A stretch of DNA of 64,000 bases from Dehalococcoidia bacterium (GTDB lineage Bacteria; Chloroflexota; Dehalococcoidia; Bin125), in NCBI GenBank assembly GCA_963663895.2, contig CAXXRD010000004.1, positions 59,139 to 123,138 of the forward strand, in the 5' to 3' direction. The position numbers were made by a program, and so were the translations under genes. Shown here one piece after another: positions 56,754 to 64,000 of this stretch; the stretch's first letter is position 1; every line of letters starts with the position of its first letter. The notes beneath the pieces were generated by a model. The model saw nothing but the letters and a program-made list of their open reading frames with translations, searched no databases and was not told the origin of the DNA.

Positions 56754-57475
56754 CGGACAACGGGGAACCACGCGACGCCGAGTACCACGTCCGCATTCGG
56801 GACCTGCCCCCGGACGAACGACCGCGAGAGCGCTTGCTGAAGACGGGCGCCAAGGCCCTGTCCATCTCCGAGCTCCTCGCGATCTTGATCCGCACGGGAA
56901 CGCGCGAGGAGAGCGCCCTCGCCATCGCCGCACGTCTCGTCTCGAGTCGGGGACTCGACGGAATCCAGCGCGCCAGCGCGGCGGAACTCGCCGCAGAGCA
57001 CGGACTCGGTGAGGCGAAGGCCGCGCAACTCAAAGCGGCCCTGGAACTGGGAGCACGTCTGAGAGCGCTTCGGCCGGAAGAGCGTCCCACGATCGGGAGC
57101 CCCGAGGACGTGCTGGACCTGGTTGGCGCCGAAATGTCGCTGCTGGAGCAGGAGGAGCTGCGCGTGCTCTTGCTGACGACGAAGCACCAGGTTGTCGGGA
57201 CTCATACGATCTATCGCGGGAACGTGCGCACGGCGGCGGTGCGCAATGCGGAGATCCTCCGCGAGGCGGTCCGTCGCAACTGTCCGGCTATCCTCGTGGT
57301 GCACAACCATCCGTCCGGCGATCCGGCGCCGTCCGACGACGACGTGGCAATGACGCGGGCCTTGGTGGCGGCGGGAAGTCTGCTGGATATCGATCTGATC
57401 GACCACATCATCGTGGGCACGGGCAGGCGCCACACATCGCTGCGGGCGCAAGGATTCCTCACTCCGCCCGGCTAG
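56750..57475 (+). CDS. radC: RadC family JAB-domain protein
   Basis: ERPRERL...G...LS..ELLAIL, G.GEAKA, HNHPSGDP.PS.DD and DHII motifs. Confidence 0.95.
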   Translation: MTDNGEPRDAEYHVRIRDLPPDERPRERLLKTGAKALSISELLAILIRTGTREESALAIAARLVSSRGLDGIQRASAAELAAEHGLGEAKAAQLKAALELGARLRALRPEERPTIGSPEDVLDLVGAEMSLLEQEELRVLLLTTKHQVVGTHTIYRGNVRTAAVRNAEILREAVRRNCPAILVVHNHPSGDPAPSDDDVAMTRALVAAGSLLDIDLIDHIIVGTGRRHTSLRAQGFLTPPG

Positions 57476-57481
57476 CCCACA

Positions 57482-58693
57482 TCACTGGGGCAACTGCGCC
57501 GCGGCCTCCCCTTGCACCCGCGCGTAAACTTCCGCGATCGGCAGGCCGTGCTGCTCCGCCAAGCGGCGACAGCTTTCAAACTCCGGGGCGATCTGAGGCG
57601 GCGCGCCGGGCAGCCGCTTGCACTTCAGTTCGACCGGCCCCAGGGACGACTCGAATCGCAAGGACTCGCGATCGGCCTCGTAGCGTCGCTCATCGCGCAC
57701 GCGGACTCCCAATGTCGATGTCTCGCGCAACAGCGTCTGGGCCAGCGCGCTTTCCCGGCCTGGCCGCGCGATCACCGTGAGCTGCAGCCCGCTGCGCCCT
57801 TTCTTCATCGCGACGCCCGTCACCCAGACGTCCAGCGCGCCGGCGGCGTGGAGCCGCTCGCGCGCGAAGGCGACTTGCTCGGCGGTCATGTCGTCGACGG
57901 TGGTTTCGAGCACGACGAGCGCCCGTGCCTCGATCGCAGTCGCCGTCGCTGCAGGCTCGCCCAACCAGACCCGCAACACATTGGGGCGATGCGGCAGCGC
58001 GCGCGCGCCGGCACCGACGCCGATCCGGTCGACGCGCATCGCGGGTCGCTCAAAGCGCGCGATCTCCGCGAGGAGAGCGGCGCCGGTCGGGGTGACGAGC
58101 TCCGCATCGTCGCGTGGGTCGGCGGCGCGCAGGGGAGCGGCGGCGGCGCGCAGCAGCTCGAGCGTCGCGGGCGCGGGCAGCGGCACGGGGCCATGCCCGC
58201 TCTGGGCTTGGCCAGTGGCGGCGAGAGGAACCGACGAAGCGTAGACCGATCCGACTTCGAGCAGCGTCAGCGCCGTGATCACGCCGACGACGTCCAGGAC
58301 GGCGTCGGTCGCGCCGACCGCATGCAGGGGGGTCGCCTCCGGCGCGGTGCCGTGCACACTCGCTTCCGCATGCGCCAAGCGCCGGAAGACCTCCAGCGCC
58401 CGCGCGGCGACAGCGTCCGGAAGCGCGCCGGCGGCAAGGAGCGCCTCAAGATCGGCGAGGGTGCGACCATCTCCAGGCTCGGCGTCCACGTTCACGCAGA
58501 CGCGCAGGGCCCGGAGCGCGCCGCGCCGGGCGGGCGCGCTGGTGAGCGACCAGCCTTGGATCGGGAGAGAACCCAGCGCGCGCCGGATCGACTCCAGCGG
58601 CGCGCCGGCATCGATCAGGGCGGCCAGCAACATGTCGCCGCTGGCGCCGCCGACGCAGTCGAAGTAGGCGATGCGGTCGCGCGCCCCGCTCAT
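57482..58693 (-). CDS. larC: Nickel pincer cofactor biosynthesis protein LarC
   Basis: YFDC.GGASGDM..AAL, HG..P.PAPAT, VTPTGAA, ET.VDD, MKKGR.G and ETSTLGVR motifs. Confidence 0.92.
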   Translation of the reverse strand: MSGARDRIAYFDCVGGASGDMLLAALIDAGAPLESIRRALGSLPIQGWSLTSAPARRGALRALRVCVNVDAEPGDGRTLADLEALLAAGALPDAVAARALEVFRRLAHAEASVHGTAPEATPLHAVGATDAVLDVVGVITALTLLEVGSVYASSVPLAATGQAQSGHGPVPLPAPATLELLRAAAAPLRAADPRDDAELVTPTGAALLAEIARFERPAMRVDRIGVGAGARALPHRPNVLRVWLGEPAATATAIEARALVVLETTVDDMTAEQVAFARERLHAAGALDVWVTGVAMKKGRSGLQLTVIARPGRESALAQTLLRETSTLGVRVRDERRYEADRESLRFESSLGPVELKCKRLPGAPPQIAPEFESCRRLAEQHGLPIAEVYARVQGEAAAQLPQ

Positions 58694-59460
58694 GCCTCGG
58701 ACCGGTCCGGCAGACCAGCAGCGCGCACAATGGAGGCGGCCAGGTAGCCGGCGCCGAAGCCGTTATCGATGTTGACGACTGCGACGCCAGGCGCGCAAGC
58801 GTTCAGCATGGCCAGCAGCGCCGCCAAACCATCGAAGGAGGCACCGTAGCCGACCGAAGTGGGCACAGCGATCACGGGAGCGGCGGTCAGGCCGGCGATC
58901 ACGCTGGGGAGCGCGGCGTCCATGCCAGCGACGGCGACAATGGCGGTCGCCCGCTGTAGCTCCCCGACGCGATCCAGGAGCCGGGACAGGCCGGCGACGC
59001 CGACATCGAAGATGCGAATGGGGGCACAGTCCATTATCTCGGCGGTCCGCGCCGCTTCTTCGGCCACGGGCAGATCGGCCGTGCCGCCGCTACAGATGAG
59101 CAACCCCGGCCAAGCGGCCGGTGGATCGCGCCGCCAGGTGATGCAGTGCGCCCGTTGATCGTGGCAGGCGGCGGGCACCGCCTGCAGGACAGCGTGCGCC
59201 TGATCCGCATTGACGCGCGTGACAAGGAGGCGGTCGGATTGACGGACGATCCGCACCGCCAGTTCCGCGCATTCGGCGGGCGTCTTACCGGTCCCCAGGA
59301 TCACTTCGGGGAGCCCGTCGCGCAAAGCGCGATGGTGATCGAGCTTGGCGAAGTGCAGATCCTCGTACGGCAGCGTGCGCAGCCGTTCGTGGGCCTCGCG
59401 CGGCGACAGGGTGCCCGCCGCAACGGCTTCCAAGATCCGTTGGAGCGCTAGGCGGTCAAT
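58690..59460 (-). CDS. larB: Nickel pincer cofactor biosynthesis protein LarB (probable ATT start)
   Basis: AKLDHHR.LR.G.PEVI...GKT, GT.DLPVAEEA, DVGVAGL, PTSVGYG and VVNIDNGFGA motifs. Confidence 0.93.
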   Translation of the reverse strand: MDRLALQRILEAVAAGTLSPREAHERLRTLPYEDLHFAKLDHHRALRDGLPEVILGTGKTPAECAELAVRIVRQSDRLLVTRVNADQAHAVLQAVPAACHDQRAHCITWRRDPPAAWPGLLICSGGTADLPVAEEAARTAEIMDCAPIRIFDVGVAGLSRLLDRVGELQRATAIVAVAGMDAALPSVIAGLTAAPVIAVPTSVGYGASFDGLAALLAMLNACAPGVAVVNIDNGFGAGYLAASIVRAAGLPDRSEA

Positions 59461-59569
59461 GGCTTGCGCCCTCCTCCTGCGGGCCCCGGCTCGGCATCGC
59501 CGCGTCGCGTGGGGCTTAGGAACCACCAATGGTAAGGTACCGGCGGCAGGGTGATGGATCCTTTCCTCG

Positions 59570-60070
59570 ATGAATTGGCTCGACTTCGTGATCCTAGGCG
59601 TCGTGGCCTGGTTCACCCTGCAAGCGTTCCTGAGCGGGCTGGTCCGCGAGACCGTCGGCCTCGTCGCGGTCGTTGGCGGCGTGGCGCTGGCGGGTCTCTA
59701 CCACGACGAACTCGCGAAGAATCTCACGATCTTCGCGGGCGACGAAACGGCACTGCGCGTGGTCGCATTCCTCCTGATCTTCGGGATCGTCGCGATCCTG
59801 GGATGGATCGCGGCGCTGTTCCTGCGGAACACATCGGAGATGCTGTTCTTGGGCTGGGCGGACCGCGCCGGCGGGGCCGTCTTCGGCTTCTTCAAGGCCG
59901 TGCTGATCGTGCAGGCCCTGACCGTGATCTTCGTGCTGCAGCCGACGCTGGGCATGGAGGCCGTGATCGACGACTCCACGATCGGGGCGTTCTTTCTGGA
60001 CACGACGCCGATCGTGCGTGCGTTGCTGCCCAGCGAGTTCGATCAAGCGCTGCTCGAATTCACAGCCTAG
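59570..60070 (+). CDS. cvpA: CvpA family membrane protein
   Basis: MNWLD..I, G.VRE and LGW.DR..G..FG motifs. Confidence 0.9.
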   Translation: MNWLDFVILGVVAWFTLQAFLSGLVRETVGLVAVVGGVALAGLYHDELAKNLTIFAGDETALRVVAFLLIFGIVAILGWIAALFLRNTSEMLFLGWADRAGGAVFGFFKAVLIVQALTVIFVLQPTLGMEAVIDDSTIGAFFLDTTPIVRALLPSEFDQALLEFTA

Positions 60071-60181
60071 GCACGGGCGGCGCCCGGAGTAAACGGTACA
60101 GTTTGCTAGGATCGCGGCGCGGGACGGACGCGCGCCCTGGCCGGCGGTCGAGGCGGGCGCTTTCGATCGGCGGCGAGATCC

Positions 60182-60736
60182 GTGACATTGGCGAATACGA
60201 GTGTTCTGGTCCTGAATCAGAACTACGAGCCGCTCAACGTGTGCAACGCGCGGCGCGCGCTCGTGCTCGTCGGGGGCGGGAAAGCGGAGGTGGTGGAAGA
60301 GGCGGAGGGCGTGCTGCGGACGGTGGCGCGCGCCTTCCGGATTCCAAGCGTCATCCGCATGCGCTACTTCATCCGCAGGCCGAGGCCGCTCGCCCGTCTG
60401 TCACGGCGGGAGGTCTTCGCGCGGGACCAATTCACCTGCCAGTACTGCAACAAGCGCAGCAGTGAACTCACGCTGGATCACGTGATCCCGCGGCGGCGGG
60501 GCGGGAATCATGCGTGGGAGAACCTGGTGTCCGCTTGCCGGGCCTGCAACCATCGCAAGGCGGGACGGACCCCCCAAGAAGCACGGATGCGCCTGCACCG
60601 GCGGCCGGTGCGGCCCGCTGCCAGTCTGCATTCCCTCCTGTCGGCGGATCTCGAGAAGCGGCCCACCTGGCGGCCCTTCTTCCCCGGCTTCGACCGGGAG
60701 TGGCACGCACGCGGCGTCGCGGCGGCGGGTGGCTAG
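60182..60736 (+). CDS. HNH endonuclease (widely conserved stand-alone type)
   Basis: VLVLN..YEPL, PSVIR, RD..TCQYC, TLDHVIP...GG...WENLV.AC..CN..K. Confidence 0.93.
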   Translation: MTLANTSVLVLNQNYEPLNVCNARRALVLVGGGKAEVVEEAEGVLRTVARAFRIPSVIRMRYFIRRPRPLARLSRREVFARDQFTCQYCNKRSSELTLDHVIPRRRGGNHAWENLVSACRACNHRKAGRTPQEARMRLHRRPVRPAASLHSLLSADLEKRPTWRPFFPGFDREWHARGVAAAGG

Positions 60737-60795
60737 CCGAGCCGGCCGCTTGGCGGAATCGCGGTCACTGACCCCAGCGGAGGAATGCGGGTAGA

Positions 60796-61623
60796 TCAGC
60801 CGGTCGCCCGGAAGCGCGGATAGGATCCGAGCACCTTCAGCTCGGTGCTCTCGCAGCGCACCTGATCGAGCACGGCCGCGACCGGCGGATCGCTCCGGTG
60901 CCCGGCGAAGTCGAGCACAAATACGTACACGCCCAGCTCCTCGCGCGCCGGCCGCGACTCAATCTTGGTGAGGTTAATCGAGGCCCGGGCGAAGCATTGG
61001 AGCGCGCGCGCCAGCGCACCAGGACGATCGGCAAGATGGAGGACGATCGACGTCTTGTCGTCGCCGGTGGGCGCGGCGTCCTCGTGGCCCAGCACCACGA
61101 AACGCGTACGGTTGCGGGGGGCGTCCTCAATGCCCTCCCGCAGAACCGCGGCGCCGTGAATCTCCGCGGCGCGGCGCGGCGCGACGGCCACGGCGTCCGT
61201 CCGCTCCATGATCGCTTCGACGGCGTGGGCGGTGGAGATCGCCGCGACCGGCTCGGCCTGCGGGAGCTCGCGGGCCAGAAAGTCGCGGCACTGCGCCAGA
61301 GCCTGCGGGTGGGAATAGACACGGCGCACGCCGTCCTCCCCGACATCCGGCGGAGCGACCAAGCAGTGCCGGATCCACAGCACCACTTCGCGGCTGATAC
61401 ACAGGTCCAGCTCGTGGATGAGAAGGTCCAGCGTCTCCGGCACGGAGCCCTCAAGGGAGTTCTCAACCGGCACGATCGCGTAGTCCGCGTCTCCCTTCGT
61501 GACCGCGCGGGCGGCGGCAGTGATGGACGGAGCGGGCCGGGGGTCCGGGTTGGGGTCGTAGGTGAGGGCCGCTTGCTCCGAAAAGGTGCCGGGCGGGCCA
61601 AGGTAAGCGAGGCGTACCGCCAT
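60796..61623 (-). CDS. pheA: Prephenate dehydratase
   Basis: AYLGP.GTFS, PVENS.EG, SHPQALAQC, NRTRF, ACT-domain LTKIESRP and LGSYP motifs. Confidence 0.96.
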   Translation of the reverse strand: MAVRLAYLGPPGTFSEQAALTYDPNPDPRPAPSITAAARAVTKGDADYAIVPVENSLEGSVPETLDLLIHELDLCISREVVLWIRHCLVAPPDVGEDGVRRVYSHPQALAQCRDFLARELPQAEPVAAISTAHAVEAIMERTDAVAVAPRRAAEIHGAAVLREGIEDAPRNRTRFVVLGHEDAAPTGDDKTSIVLHLADRPGALARALQCFARASINLTKIESRPAREELGVYVFVLDFAGHRSDPPVAAVLDQVRCESTELKVLGSYPRFRATG

Positions 61624-61629
61624 CGGCGC

Positions 61630-62295
61630 TCAGGCACCCCCGGTGAGCGCGCGACGCAGCCACGTCTCGTGCTCCGGCTGGGTAACGGCCAGGATCTCGG
61701 AGCCTCCCTCCAAGGTGGTCTCTCCGTTGGGCACTTCGGGCGTGCCGTCGGGACGTACGACGAGCGATAGCAGAACGCCGGGCGGGAGATCGATGGAATC
61801 CACGCGCTGGCCCACGGTCGACGCGCCCTCGGGGACCATGACCTCCACCAGTTCGAAGCCGCTTCCCCGCAGCTGCAAGAGGTGAATGAGCGGATGGCTG
61901 GGAAGCTCTTGCTCGATATGCGCGAGGATCGCCTGCGTGGCCGAGACGGTGAGCTCGACGCCGAGCACGCGAAAGATCGCTTCGTTCTTGGGATTGTTGA
62001 TGCGCGCGATCACACGGGGAACATGGAAGCGAACTTGCGCCACCTGACAAACGGCCAGGTTCGTCTCATCCCGGCCCGTGGTGGCGACGCAGAGGTCGGC
62101 GCGCGCCATGCCGACCTCATCCTGGACGCGCACTTCGGGGCCGTCTCCCAGGATCGCGATCTCGCCGAGCTCCTCGTTGATCGCCGCGACCTTGGCGGGG
62201 TCGCGCTCGATCGCCAGCACCTCATGTCCAGCCGTGACGAGCTCACGCACGACCTGCGCTCCGACTTTCCCCGCGCCGACGACGATCACGTACAT
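61630..62295 (-). CDS. trkA: TrkA family K+ uptake regulator (RCK_N and RCK_C)
   Basis: IVVGAGKVG, GDG, D..N and ARINNPKN motifs; C-terminal TrkA_C domain. Confidence 0.92.
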   Translation of the reverse strand: MYVIVVGAGKVGAQVVRELVTAGHEVLAIERDPAKVAAINEELGEIAILGDGPEVRVQDEVGMARADLCVATTGRDETNLAVCQVAQVRFHVPRVIARINNPKNEAIFRVLGVELTVSATQAILAHIEQELPSHPLIHLLQLRGSGFELVEVMVPEGASTVGQRVDSIDLPPGVLLSLVVRPDGTPEVPNGETTLEGGSEILAVTQPEHETWLRRALTGGA

Positions 62296-62697
62296 CTAGG
62301 AATCCACCACCGCATCGAAGAGGCGATCGCTGAGGATGACGGTCGGGCTCACCGTCCGCAGCCCCAACTCCGTATAGATCTTCTGCCGCTCCGGATCATA
62401 GATCCGGGCGACGGCGCGCTCGACACCGAAGAGATGCATGGCGACCTGCGCCGCCATGACGTTGCGGTTGTCGCCTTGCGTCACCGCGACGAAGGCATCG
62501 GCCTGCTCGATGCCGGCCTCGCGCAGCGTCTCCTGATCGACGCCGTTGCCGACGATCTGCGTCCCGGCAAAGCCTTCGGGCAGACGGCGAAAGGCGGAGG
62601 CGGTCAGGTCGACGACGCAGATGTCGTGACCCGCGTCACTGAGGCGGCCCGCGAGCATCGCCCCGACGCGGCCACAGCCCATGATCACGATTTTCAT
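62296..62697 (-). CDS. TrkA family protein (RCK_N only)
   Basis: IMGCGRVG, L.EAGIE.AD.FVAVT.GDNRN and ARIYDP motifs. Confidence 0.9.
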   Translation of the reverse strand: MKIVIMGCGRVGAMLAGRLSDAGHDICVVDLTASAFRRLPEGFAGTQIVGNGVDQETLREAGIEQADAFVAVTQGDNRNVMAAQVAMHLFGVERAVARIYDPERQKIYTELGLRTVSPTVILSDRLFDAVVDS

Positions 62698-62731
62698 TCG
62701 ATCAGGTTCGCCTGCCCTGTCTGGAGCGCAC

Positions 62732-63166
62732 TCACTCGCGCGAACTGCGGACGACGATCACATCGCACGGCGCATTGCGCAAAACGTAGTCGGCCGTCTT
62801 ACCCAGGGCAAGCGGCCCGCCGGGACGCCCGCGGCGGGGGACGCCCAGCACGATGGCGTCGACGGCGAGCTCGACGGCCTCGTCGACGATGGCGTGTCCG
62901 GTATCGCGTGCTTGCAGGATCTCGCCGTCGCAGCCGACCTTGTGTTTCCGCACCGCCCTTTCGGCATTCGCGATGATGCGCTCTCCTTCCTCGCTCTCTT
63001 GGGGCAGATCCGCGTCCAGCGGCAAGCGGCGGTTGACCTCCACGACGTAGATCACGTGCACGCGGCCGCTCTTGGCCGCACCGGCCAGCCGACAGGCAAG
63101 CTCCAGCGCCTGTTGGCGAGCGGGTGACTTCCCAATGGGAACGAGGTATGAGGGAGCGCTAGCCAA
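62732..63166 (-). CDS. Universal stress protein
   Basis: YLVP, VIYVVEV, IVDEA.....D.IVLG and LGKT.DYVLRNAPCDVIV motifs; GGAGG RBS before TTG. Confidence 0.9.
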   Translation of the reverse strand: MASAPSYLVPIGKSPARQQALELACRLAGAAKSGRVHVIYVVEVNRRLPLDADLPQESEEGERIIANAERAVRKHKVGCDGEILQARDTGHAIVDEAVELAVDAIVLGVPRRGRPGGPLALGKTADYVLRNAPCDVIVVRSSRE

Positions 63167-63213
63167 CCGTGCAGACCTCCATGGGTCCAAGCCTTCGTAA
63201 GCTTTCCACTTGC

Positions 63214-63219
63214 ATTATA
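63214..63219 (-). promoter_or_regulatory. Consensus -10 box of the usp-trkA-trkA-pheA operon
   Basis: Minus-strand TATAAT about 50 nt upstream of the usp start. Confidence 0.5.
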
Positions 63220-63362
63220 GGAACGCCCGGGCCCAACACGGCGGCCGAGCGACGATCCGACTGCTCGCCTCATTGAGTGAGGCAATCATGCACCACGGAG
63301 CCCGCCGGAACTAACGACTCTTCCCCCCTCCACGCGCTCCGAAAACACGAACATATGCGAGA

Positions 63363-64000
63363 TCAGCCCGACGAGCGTTCGGGTGGCCGCAGCAGGCTTT
63401 GCTCGCGTACGATCGCCCCGGTTAATCCCTGGGAAGCCAATGGGTCGGAGGACGCGAGATCGGTGGGCCAGCCGCGCGTGAGCAGCGCCCAAGCGCCGCT
63501 CAGAACGGCCCCCGCCCGGTCTTCGGGAGTGGCGGCTGCTGCCACAAGGCGCCCGCCCAGTTGCGCCTCGATCGCCCGCTGCAGCGGCGTGACCGCAGGG
63601 GCGGTGGCCCACGCCCGCTCTCCCGCCGGCGCCCGCCGCCGGGTCCGGCGCAGCAGCGTCACCTCAAGCGCGCGCAGACAGGGAAGAACGTGCGCCGCAA
63701 CGGGCTGCGCGCGCTGCCGGCGCTTCAGCAGCCCGATCGCCGCAGCGGAAGCCGCCGCGAGGGCATCCGCCGGCGAACGGCCACGCGCCCGCGCCACCGC
63801 GTAGGTCGCGGTCAGGAGGTCACCGGCCCCATTGGTGTCGACCACCGCCGAAACGCCGACGCCGCTCGCGACGACCTCGCCGCCGCCGAGCCGCGGCGGT
63901 AAGAAGAGGGCCGCGCCGCGGGCGGCGTCGGTCACGACAAGCTCGACGTCATGGGCGGCCGCGAAGGCCGCCGCCGCCGGTCGCCAGGGCACGGAGCCAG
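63363..64000 (-). CDS. PfkB/ribokinase-family kinase with a C-terminal extension, truncated by the window edge
   Basis: VVT....GA and VVDTNGAGD (PfkB signature 2); frame is open to the window end. Confidence 0.75.
   Translation of the reverse strand, partial: GSVPWRPAAAAFAAAHDVELVVTDAARGAALFLPPRLGGGEVVASGVGVSAVVDTNGAGDLLTATYAVARARGRSPADALAAASAAAIGLLKRRQRAQPVAAHVLPCLRALEVTLLRRTRRRAPAGERAWATAPAVTPLQRAIEAQLGGRLVAAAATPEDRAGAVLSGAWALLTRGWPTDLASSDPLASQGLTGAIVREQSLLRPPERSSG

Noticed and set aside
60182-60736. HNH gene as the missing nuclease of the MTase islet
   Set aside because: About 30 kb away, host-like GC, and matches the widely conserved stand-alone HNH type
63347-63361. LexA box (CGAACATATGCG)
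   Set aside because: The right half does not match GTTC, and no SOS gene is adjacent
1-64000. CRISPR array, IS/transposase, integrase, prophage or rRNA
   Set aside because: No regularly spaced repeats or diagnostic motifs seen by eye

Overview
High-GC bacterial chromosome segment made mostly of housekeeping genes. Gene content and order suggest Chloroflexota, probably Dehalococcoidia-like (inference only). It contains moaAC, rdgB, folC, fabF, thpR, a split transketolase, proBA, ileS, murJ, rpsT, a TPR-Slt lipoprotein, rpmH-rnpA-yidD-(beta-propeller)-yidC-jag-parA-parB with a parS site, ricT-holB-lysA, ispDF-cysS, three tRNAs followed by tuf-rpmG-secE-nusG-rplKA-(L10 leader)-rplJL, radC, larBC, cvpA, an HNH gene, pheA, two trkA genes and a usp gene. 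The only clearly foreign DNA is a lower-GC insert of about 4.3 kb (about 26.7-31.0 kb) between slt and rpmH. It encodes a beta-class amino-DNA methyltransferase convergent on a two-gene operon: a 749-aa GHKL/MORC-like ATPase with two internal Ig-like repeats, and a 227-aa winged-helix-like protein. No nuclease is recognisable in it. This is the best candidate for an undescribed defence or conflict system. Secondary observations are two attenuator-like leaders before small Zn-binding proteins, a GVHH variant of the HIGH motif in IleRS, a probable AUU start for larB, a G8-tract frameshift at the start of proB, a codon-skew switch inside tuf and a long acidic NusG extension. All calls come from reading motifs by eye; no searches were run.
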